The notes under the pieces: generated by a model | What the model was told of the DNA's origin: nothing | Databases searched by the model: none | Seen by the model: only the letters and a program-made list of their open reading frames with translations | Source: Candidatus Kaiserbacteria bacterium | GTDB taxonomy: Bacteria; Patescibacteriota; Minisyncoccia; Phycocordibacterales; SBAW01 | Length of the DNA: 35,421 nt | NCBI GenBank assembly: GCA_009691465.1 | Contig: SICK01000004.1 | Location: forward strand, 1-35,421 | Reading direction: 5' to 3' | Made by a program: the position numbers and the translations under genes | Shown here: positions 1-7,117 of the stretch, in pieces | Layout: every line of letters starts with the position of its first letter | Numbering within the stretch: position 1 is the stretch's first letter

Positions 1-1008
1 ATGAAAACATACACATTTCACGTTTCCGGCACTCATTGCCCTTCATGCAAAATCTTCATCGAAGACACCTTGAACGAACAAATTGGTATCGATCGTACCA
101 CCGTTGATTTGAAGCGCGAGATCGTCTCGATCGAAACTACTCTCGATGAGAGTCATCACAAACTTGCAGAGATATTAACTGAAAAAATAAAGCACAATGG
201 CTATTCCCTCTCTGTCGAGAAGAAAGCCATAGAAAGAAAAGGTAATGATGTTATCTGGAAAGCTATACCGATCGGGCTTGGATTTCTTATTTTATTCTTT
301 CTTTTGCAAAAATCAGGAATTTTAAATCTTGGTATTGGCGGTCAAACGACTCCGGTGACAAGTTTTATCATCGGTCTTATCGCTTCAGTTTCAAGCTGTC
401 TTGCCATCGTCGGAGGCTTAGTCTTATCCCTTTCGGCAAAAGTATCGCAGGATAATGTAAGTGATACAAAAACTTTCGTACTTTTCCACACAGGACGACT
501 GGTCAGTTTTGCAGTATTAGGTGGAGTTCTCGGTGTAGTCGGTAGTGCCATCGGTATCAATTTTACCTTTACGGCGATTTTGGGACTTCTGGCTTCTGTA
601 GTGATGTTACTTCTCGGTTTAAATTTGGTTGGAGTGTTTGCGAAAAATAAAATTGCGTTACCGTCGGGAGTTTTTAATTTCTTCAGAAAAATAGAACACA
701 AAACTTTCACGCCACTCATCATCGGTTTCGCTACATTTTTCTTGCCGTGCGGTTTTACGCAGTCAATGCAGGTTTCCGCATTAGGAAGCGGATCGTTTAT
801 CTCCGGGCTTCTTATTATGCTTGCATTTGCTCTTGGAACATTACCGATGCTCGTGCTTCTTTCGTTCGGGTCAGCATCGTTTGCACATGGAAAGCACGCT
901 CCGCTATTTTTCAAATCCGCAGGAGTAGTCGTCATTGGACTTGGATTGTTTGCGCTTCTCGCTGGACTTGCCGGGCTCGGAATTATTAATCCCTTATTTA
1001 ACATATAA
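1..1008 (+). CDS. Heavy-metal-associated (HMA) domain fused to a DsbD_2/TauE-like multi-pass membrane domain, probably copper handling
   Basis: N-terminal GTHCPSC metal-binding motif; several hydrophobic helices with SSCLAIVGG and LPCGFTQSMQ cysteine motifs; sits just before a cupredoxin gene. Confidence 0.8.
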   Translation: MKTYTFHVSGTHCPSCKIFIEDTLNEQIGIDRTTVDLKREIVSIETTLDESHHKLAEILTEKIKHNGYSLSVEKKAIERKGNDVIWKAIPIGLGFLILFFLLQKSGILNLGIGGQTTPVTSFIIGLIASVSSCLAIVGGLVLSLSAKVSQDNVSDTKTFVLFHTGRLVSFAVLGGVLGVVGSAIGINFTFTAILGLLASVVMLLLGLNLVGVFAKNKIALPSGVFNFFRKIEHKTFTPLIIGFATFFLPCGFTQSMQVSALGSGSFISGLLIMLAFALGTLPMLVLLSFGSASFAHGKHAPLFFKSAGVVVIGLGLFALLAGLAGLGIINPLFNI

Positions 1009-1015
1009 TTACCCT

Positions 1016-1408
1016 ATGAATAAGACTGTTCACATAATCATCACTCTCGCTCTTGTCATAGGTATCGGCATTGTTTTTCTTGGCGGTTCAAAAAATAATA
1101 CGGAGACGGGCGCATCGGCACAAAATGTCGAAATAAGAGACGGTGTTCAGTACGTTACGGTAAATGCCAAAGGTGGCTATTCGCCAAAAGTATCTACGGC
1201 AAAAGCAGGTATTCCGACAAAACTAATTGTCAAAACAGACGGCACCTATGACTGTTCGGCATCGCTTGTAATTCGCTCAGTTGGTTTCCAAAAAATCCTA
1301 GCCCAGACAGGAGAAGAAGTTATTGATCTGGGTACACCAAAAGCAGGACAGCCACTTCAAGGCCTTTGTGGTATGGGTATGTATAATTTTTCGGTCAATT
1401 TCAATTAA
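1016..1408 (+). CDS. Membrane-anchored cupredoxin-domain protein (CupA-like)
   Basis: Start moved to ATG 1016 (MNKTVHII); N-terminal TM helix; GYSP...AGIP, YDC and C-terminal CGMGMY motifs. Confidence 0.8.
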   Translation: MNKTVHIIITLALVIGIGIVFLGGSKNNTETGASAQNVEIRDGVQYVTVNAKGGYSPKVSTAKAGIPTKLIVKTDGTYDCSASLVIRSVGFQKILAQTGEEVIDLGTPKAGQPLQGLCGMGMYNFSVNFN

Positions 1409-1926
1409 AATTCAACTCCCTTTGAACCTCTCACTCCCCTAGCAAAGGGATGTTTAATTTCTTTCATCTCCGTCACAAGGTCAGCAGTTTCGATGAGCCA
1501 TTCGGGACAATTCCGTCCTGTAAGAATAATATTCTCGACTCTCGATCGTGCGTATTCTAGAAAATAATTTACATCACTTTCTTCAATAAGCTTTAGGTCA
1601 AGTGCATTAATAGCCTCATCTAAAATAATCATGTCTGGCTTTTCCTGAGTCACCATCCGGAGTGCATAGTCCATTGCTTCATGCGCGGCTTTAGCGTGAT
1701 CTTCAAAAGGAATTCTGTCATCACCAATACCCACAAAACCGAGCCCTTTCTTTACAATTCTAAATTCAGGCCAGAGTTTCTCTTGAGAAGTGTCCTCGCC
1801 AGACTTCCATGGACCTTTTATAAACTGCACCATCAAAACTTTCTTGCCGTCGCCGATAGTTCTGAGGGCTTGCCCCAGCGATGCTGTTGTTTTCCCTTTG
1901 CCGTTGCCAGTGAAGATAATAAGCAT
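1405..1926 (-). CDS. btuR: Cob(I)alamin adenosyltransferase, CobA/BtuR/CobO family
   Basis: FTGNGKGKTTA P-loop, VQFIKG, LDE, ILTGR, ADLVTEM..IKHPF..G...KGVEF motifs. Confidence 0.92.
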   Translation of the reverse strand: MLIIFTGNGKGKTTASLGQALRTIGDGKKVLMVQFIKGPWKSGEDTSQEKLWPEFRIVKKGLGFVGIGDDRIPFEDHAKAAHEAMDYALRMVTQEKPDMIILDEAINALDLKLIEESDVNYFLEYARSRVENIILTGRNCPEWLIETADLVTEMKEIKHPFARGVRGSKGVEF

Positions 1927-1928
1927 GG

Positions 1929-2918
1929 CTATAGTGCAATTTCACAAACTCCTGCGACACAGGCTAGTTCCTTTTTCACGTCGAGTTCATCTGTTTTTTC
2001 GTACGTTATGATCTTGGAATAATCAATATGTTTGAGACGTTCAGACAACTCAAGATATTTTTTCTCGTCAATCGCTTCATACGGCGCAAGTTGGTAGACA
2101 TGGTTATCCCTTGGGAGAAAGGAGAGACCACCGACTATATCCCAGTTTTTGTAAATCCAATTCGCAACCTCGATCCACTCATCTTCTCCCACAGAAACAG
2201 TTACGGATGGATTATGCTCCGTGTAATTTACCTTTACCAACTTCCAATGTTCGAGCTGATCAATTGCAGACACATCGTTCTTGTAGATTGAGCCTTTCGG
2301 AGCCTTTACCGGAAATTCAAGGACATACGTTGTAGCATTTTCGGCTGACTGACCAACTTCTGGATGGTATGGAACGCCCTGATCTTTAAGCATCTTGAAA
2401 AGTGAGTCGGTAGCGGCGATTCTTATTCTGCGGATATAGAACGGCGCATGTCGAGGATGCATACCGGACGAACAGTCTACCGTCTGGGAAAGTGTACCTG
2501 AAGGCTTTACCGCTGTTGTACAGGTTGAGGCGTTGATACCGAACCGCTTAGCGTATACCTGGTTGACTTTGATAACTTCTTCTTTGAGATTAAGAAGTGT
2601 TTTTGGGTTACGGGCAGATTTAGAATCCCACTGGCCGGTTATCGATACACCGAGCAGTGCTTCTTTTTCGCAATGTTCTTTCCAGTCTTTCGAAAGATAC
2701 GGGAAATTGGTTAGACTCGCTTGGTACGTAGCAAGAATCGTTGCGAGGCGAATTTTTCTTAACAGTGTCTTTTCGGTGTCTTCAGCTCGAGCCACTACCT
2801 CTGAAAGATTACAGAACTGCTTTGACTGCAAGATAATCTCTCCGCATGGATTAGTGCCGATCGGGCCTATAATATTTTTGCCTGAAGGATCAAAATATCC
2901 TCCATACTCTTTTAGTAC
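1929..2918 (-). pseudogene. nrdJ: C-terminal fragment of a class II adenosylcobalamin-dependent ribonucleotide reductase (NrdJ/RTPR type), 5' part missing
   Basis: GTNPCGEI thiyl-radical motif, FCNLSEV, VKPSGT, EHNPSVT and C-terminal CVAGVC pair; the upstream frame runs into a terminator and a stop at 2997-2999; the 5' boundary is approximate and the truncation may be an assembly junction. Confidence 0.85.
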
Positions 2919-2941
2919 CCCAAGTGGCAGAAACGGCATGC

Positions 2942-2966
2942 AAAAACCGCCTTTCGGGCGGTCTTG
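2942..2966 (-). terminator. Rho-independent terminator
   Basis: Minus strand ACCGCC-CGAAA-GGCGGT followed by a T run. Confidence 0.7.
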
Positions 2967-2970
2967 GTTT

Positions 2971-3070
2971 AAATCGTGGCTGTCGGACGTCCCCTCTTAC
3001 TCGGTTCAAATTTGAGTGGGCCTAAAACCATTTGAAACTTAAGCCCCTCATTCGTGTATGTTGCTACAAA
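2971..3070 (-). ncRNA. 6S-RNA-like structured element, apparently lacking its 5' closing arm
   Basis: Minus strand CATACACGAA, then a TGAGGGGCTTAAG/TTTTAGGCCCACTCA hairpin, then AATTTGAACC and GAGGGGAC, followed by a terminator; this resembles the central bubble and terminal stem of 6S RNA. Confidence 0.45.
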
Positions 3071-3077
3071 CACCCTC

Positions 3078-4091
3078 TTAGTCGAGGTATTTGGCTTTGT
3101 TGGCCATATGCTGGGCATAGGTCACAGCATAATGGAAATTGCCATTTCTGTCAGATAGGAAAAAGATATATTTGGACTTGACCGGTTGTGCGGCGGCGAG
3201 GATAGCGTCGAGTCCGGGGTTGTTGATGGGCCCGGGTGGCAGGCCTTTGTACAAGTACAGGTTGTACGGGTTGTCTATTTTCAAATCCTCGTGCGTCAGC
3301 TCAAAGGTGTTCTTGCCGATGATGTAGGGGAAGACCGCATCCACCTGCAGCGGCATCCCGATGTCGATGCGGTGCCACAGCACCCCCGCAATTTGTTTGC
3401 GGTCAGCGGTTTTAGACGCCTCTTTTTCGAGTATCGAGGCCATCGCAAGAATCTCGTCCTGCGTGTGGCCGGATTTTTGTATGGCCTCGGCCGCTTTGAG
3501 CATTTTTACCTTGAAGTTGTTTTCGAACACGCTCAATATCGCCTCGGTCGACTGCCCGGGGCGGAAGAAGTACGTGTCGGGGAAGAGATACCCTTCCCGT
3601 GCCCGCTCGACAAACTGCCGGTAGCTGAAGTCCGGGACCTTGTCCAAAATGAGTTTGCCGATATGCTCGGCGGTCGAGCCTTCGGGGATAGTGACGCGCA
3701 TCGCGGTGGTCTCAAAGTCGCCGGCCAAGAGCCGCTCCGCGACCCATATCATGTTCTCCTGGCGGGAAAAGAAGTACTGTCCCGCGGGGAGATGCCGGTC
3801 GTCCCCCAACAGCCAGGTCATAAACTCAAACAGGAGCGCGTTGTCTACGACACCCCTCGACTCAAACGTAGTAGCTATTTCTTTGAGAGACATTCCCTCC
3901 TCTACTTTGATATATGCTCCGGTCGGGAATCCGACCGGAGCGGCAAAAATCCACAAAAAGATGAAGTAGACTATCCCGCCCCACGCGATGAAGTTGATTC
4001 CGAAACGCTCCAACAGGTCGCGCTCCTTGTACCACGCGGCGACGCGGTTTATGACCGGAGTAAAGGTCGGAAAGTGGTGGGAAAAAAGCAT
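3078..4091 (-). CDS. mltG: Endolytic transglycosylase MltG (YceG family)
   Basis: TIPEG, EGYLFPDTY, ASILEKE, GMPLQVD, GLPPGPINNPG motifs; ATG at 4091 lies just after the upstream stop codon. Confidence 0.93.
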   Translation of the reverse strand: MLFSHHFPTFTPVINRVAAWYKERDLLERFGINFIAWGGIVYFIFLWIFAAPVGFPTGAYIKVEEGMSLKEIATTFESRGVVDNALLFEFMTWLLGDDRHLPAGQYFFSRQENMIWVAERLLAGDFETTAMRVTIPEGSTAEHIGKLILDKVPDFSYRQFVERAREGYLFPDTYFFRPGQSTEAILSVFENNFKVKMLKAAEAIQKSGHTQDEILAMASILEKEASKTADRKQIAGVLWHRIDIGMPLQVDAVFPYIIGKNTFELTHEDLKIDNPYNLYLYKGLPPGPINNPGLDAILAAAQPVKSKYIFFLSDRNGNFHYAVTYAQHMANKAKYLD

Positions 4092-4092
4092 A

Positions 4093-5466
4093 TCAGGACG
4101 GCACGTTGCCGGGCGCGGTGGGCAAGTTGGGAGGCGGGGCCGAGCGGCGGGACGGCACACGCTCGAGCGCCGGCGTCTTGACGTTGGAGTTGGGGAAGTG
4201 CCAAAGGGAGGCCAGCTCCTCTGTGGTCATACACACCGGCACCTGGTCATACGGGACATAAAAGTAAGAGCGGTGCTTGTACCAAAAAAACATCTTATGC
4301 ATAATCATCGGCCGGCGCAGTCCGGTCGGGTCCTGCCACGGATAGTCGAAGATAGACATACCCCTGGTCACGTTGAGCCGGTTGCCTTTCTGGTTGCGGA
4401 AGGGGTCCCACAAGCGCACCAGGTTGTTGATTTTGCTCAAGTCAAATTTGCCCTTCTTGACGATATACATGCCGCGGAACCCGCAGTCAAAGACCTGCTT
4501 AGTGAGTGAGCGCTCGATAGCCTCGACCTGCAGTTTTTCCCCTCCGGTCAGGAGCATCGCTCCGCGCGAGCCGACCTTTTTGCGCTCGGCTTCGTCGGTC
4601 GTGAGCCCTTTTGCGCGCTCTATCGCCTCTTCGGTAATCTCTTTTATCTTCTTTTTTGCGTCGGTCACAAAATGGTCGCCGGTATAAAAGCCGTACCACT
4701 CGTCTTCTTTGCGGGCTTTCATAATGATTTGTATCCAAACATACTCGCCCGGGCCCGCCGAGGTCATAAACTCAAACAGGTTGGTCAGCGGGTCGATGGT
4801 TATCTCGGGCTTGTCGGGGTTTTTGTCCAACTCCCAGTCGACATAGGTGCGCAGCGGCAGCGCTTCGGCGTCGGACTTGCTGTACTCGGTGGCCCACAAG
4901 TCGTGCGTCTCGGGGCTATAGCCGACTTCGTCGACATAGTCGCGCGCCACCTCGGTGACATGTGCCTCGGGGAATTGTCCGTACAACCGGGCCTCGATAA
5001 AATTCTTCCAATTTTTGCGCAGATGGATGTAGTAGCTGATGCGACCCTCGTTGCTCACCAACTCGAGCGTGGTAATGGCGCGGAATTGCCCCTTCCAGAT
5101 GCGTTGGAGAAAGGTCGTTTCGCTGCCGTTGTTCCAGAGCCCCACCAAAAAGAGCTCCATCGCCAAAGGAGACTTTTCTACCTCGGGCGGCAGCTCGATA
5201 TGCAACAGGGTCATCTGTTGATTAAACCAATACGCGTAGCGGATATAGTGCATCCAGACCTTCCAGCCGGATACAAACAGCGCCACCGGGAGCCACAGCG
5301 GTGAGTAGGCCACCAGCGCGGCAAAGCCCGCCGGGATAACCTCCGGGTCGGCTACGGCGGCGGCGATTAAAAAGATGACCATACCCACGAGCGCAACGAG
5401 TATCGTCTCGATTTTAAATCCGTCGAAAAACGTGTTCGTCGTGTGAGCTTGATCGTGTAAGAACAT
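4093..5466 (-). CDS. Conserved CPR membrane-anchored hypothetical protein resembling the N-terminal part of CPR VirD4/TraD-like proteins; no Walker A seen
   Basis: Two N-terminal TM segments; KSPLAME, LPLRTYVD, EELASLWHFP and PPPNLP motifs recognised from CPR proteins. Confidence 0.7.
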   Translation of the reverse strand: MFLHDQAHTTNTFFDGFKIETILVALVGMVIFLIAAAVADPEVIPAGFAALVAYSPLWLPVALFVSGWKVWMHYIRYAYWFNQQMTLLHIELPPEVEKSPLAMELFLVGLWNNGSETTFLQRIWKGQFRAITTLELVSNEGRISYYIHLRKNWKNFIEARLYGQFPEAHVTEVARDYVDEVGYSPETHDLWATEYSKSDAEALPLRTYVDWELDKNPDKPEITIDPLTNLFEFMTSAGPGEYVWIQIIMKARKEDEWYGFYTGDHFVTDAKKKIKEITEEAIERAKGLTTDEAERKKVGSRGAMLLTGGEKLQVEAIERSLTKQVFDCGFRGMYIVKKGKFDLSKINNLVRLWDPFRNQKGNRLNVTRGMSIFDYPWQDPTGLRRPMIMHKMFFWYKHRSYFYVPYDQVPVCMTTEELASLWHFPNSNVKTPALERVPSRRSAPPPNLPTAPGNVPS

Positions 5467-5514
5467 AGACCCCTCTATTGTACGATATACTTATACTGTC
5501 TACTACTGTTGTCT

Positions 5515-5862
5515 ATGGAAAATCTGGTTATAGAGCTCACCACAAACCCCCTGCGCTATATAGAATATTTTTTGGCGACGTTGGGTGCCGTCGGCGCACT
5601 GTTGTTTTTGGCCGGCATAGGCGGCGGTCTACCGCACCTCTTTACCTACAGCCACGGCGCAGACCACATGAGCCACGCGCGCACGCGGGCAATCTGGGGC
5701 ATCTATCTTTGTATGGTCACCCTTGGACTCTGGGAAGTGATACGGGTCATCATCGGAGCGGCGCCCGCGTCCTACCTTATACTCTCTCTGGTCTTGTTTA
5801 CCCCGGCGTGGATCCCCTGGCTCTACAAACTCGCCACCGGCAAAGGCGGCAACGGGCACTAA
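5515..5862 (+). CDS. Small membrane protein, possibly CPR pilin-like (VirB2/TrbC-like)
   Basis: ATG at 5515; two hydrophobic helices joined by a short basic loop (SHARTRAIWG) plus a third helix. Confidence 0.55.
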   Translation: MENLVIELTTNPLRYIEYFLATLGAVGALLFLAGIGGGLPHLFTYSHGADHMSHARTRAIWGIYLCMVTLGLWEVIRVIIGAAPASYLILSLVLFTPAWIPWLYKLATGKGGNGH

Positions 5863-5869
5863 GGCTACA

Positions 5870-5968
5870 CAAAACGAAGTTTCCAGGAACGCAGAAAATT
5901 TCCTGCTGATAAATTTTCCTAACGCACGGCCTCGACAGGCCTGCGTACATTCCTGAAAACTTGTTTTG
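5870..5968. repeat. About 100-bp branched palindromic element (REP/MITE-like)
   Basis: Arms CAAAACGAAGTTTCCAGGAA and TTCCTGAAAACTTGTTTTG enclose two internal hairpins (GAAAATTT/AAATTTTC and ACGCA-GGCC/GGCC-TGCGT). Confidence 0.65.
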
Positions 5969-5978
5969 CTCCGCTACG

Positions 5979-6004
5979 AAAAATCGCCCCGAAGGGCGAT
6001 TTTT
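5979..6004. terminator. Bidirectional intrinsic terminator
   Basis: AAAAATCGCCC-CGAA-GGGCGATTTTT between convergent genes. Confidence 0.85.
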
Positions 6005-7049
6005 ACTTAACTAGGGAAAATTTACCGTCTTTGCCGCGTTTAAAGTATTTTTGGTTCTGCAGGTTGACGACGATGGTGCCCGGTTTGACATGACGCTCCT
6101 TGAGCACGTGGGTGATGATTTGATCTTTGGTCATCGGGCCGTTCTTGCGCAGGACCTCGCGGACCACGTCGCGCACGACACCCTCGGTGTAGCCCCACTC
6201 GCGCAGCGCGTACATACCGCGGCCCACCAACACAAAGCGTGGGTCCTTGATGAGCTCGTTGTGGGTGGTGGCGACGTGTGCCTTGCGGGCGAACATCTTT
6301 TCAATCAAAGTCGCTACCTCGCGGAAGTGCAGCGGGCTCCCATGCTTTTTGACCGCCAGGTAGGCAAAGTCGCGCACCCCTTTGGTGCGGACGTTCTGCG
6401 AGCTGGCCTGACCCCACTCGCCGAGCGGGTTCTTGCCGATATTTTTAGAGATAGAGAGCCAGCGGCGCAGGACCTCGTTGTTGCGATGTTTGTCGTTTAT
6501 ATTTTGCAGTTCTTTAAGAAAACGGTCTATCATCTCGCCCTCCGGGATAAGGTCCTCGTCAGAGAGCCCGCCGTAGAGCGTTTTGAGTGCGTTCTCCACT
6601 TTGCCGGCGAGTTCGGCGTCGACAAACCAGCAACGGTTGGTCTCGTCGTCCTCCTTGCGGAATTTAAACGGGTCGCCGAGCACCAACAGGAAGTAGATGT
6701 GGTTCTGCATCGACTTGTCCTTGGTCATAAAGTTCAACAGGTCGTCCTCGCAGACGATGCCGCCGAGCCCGTCGATGATGCGCTCGAGTTCGCCGAAGGC
6801 CGCCTCGGCCGAGGTAAAGCCGGGAGACTTTTTAAGCGCGGCGAGGGCGTGGTTTTCTATCTGGCGGACGCGCTCGCGGGTGATAGCGTAGCGTTTGCCT
6901 ATGGCCTCGAGCGTGACGCGCTCCGAAGAGTTGCCCAAACCAAAGCGCGACTCAAGTACGACGCGGGAGCGCTCGGGGAGCGAGGAGAGGAGCTTTTTGA
7001 CTATCGCTTTGGGTTTAAACCCCGTTTTATCTGCCGTTTGTATCGACAT
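6003..7049 (-). CDS. Sigma-70 region 4 HTH plus C-terminal HARE-HTH (RNAP delta-like) DNA-binding protein
   Basis: TLEAIGKRYAITRERVRQIE motif; PLHFREV...TTHNELIKDPRFVLVGRGMYAL; no sigma region 2 visible; ATG 7049 preferred as start. Confidence 0.78.
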   Translation of the reverse strand: MSIQTADKTGFKPKAIVKKLLSSLPERSRVVLESRFGLGNSSERVTLEAIGKRYAITRERVRQIENHALAALKKSPGFTSAEAAFGELERIIDGLGGIVCEDDLLNFMTKDKSMQNHIYFLLVLGDPFKFRKEDDETNRCWFVDAELAGKVENALKTLYGGLSDEDLIPEGEMIDRFLKELQNINDKHRNNEVLRRWLSISKNIGKNPLGEWGQASSQNVRTKGVRDFAYLAVKKHGSPLHFREVATLIEKMFARKAHVATTHNELIKDPRFVLVGRGMYALREWGYTEGVVRDVVREVLRKNGPMTKDQIITHVLKERHVKPGTIVVNLQNQKYFKRGKDGKFSLVK

Positions 7050-7090
7050 ACGTGTGTTATTGTATATCACGCCCTGTTTCTGGTGTCAAA

Positions 7091-7110
7091 CCTGCCTGCA
7101 GGCAAGGCAG
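7091..7110. repeat. Short imperfect palindrome CCTGCCTGCAGGCAAGGCAG
   Basis: TGCCTGCAGGCA palindromic core just downstream of the leuS stop. Confidence 0.45.
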
Positions 7111-7117
7111 ACCCCGC

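Noticed and set aside
2919-3077. Self-splicing intron or intein interrupting nrdJ
   Set aside because: Only about 160 bp separate the fragment from mltG, no upstream exon is present, and no group I/II core or intein motifs are visible
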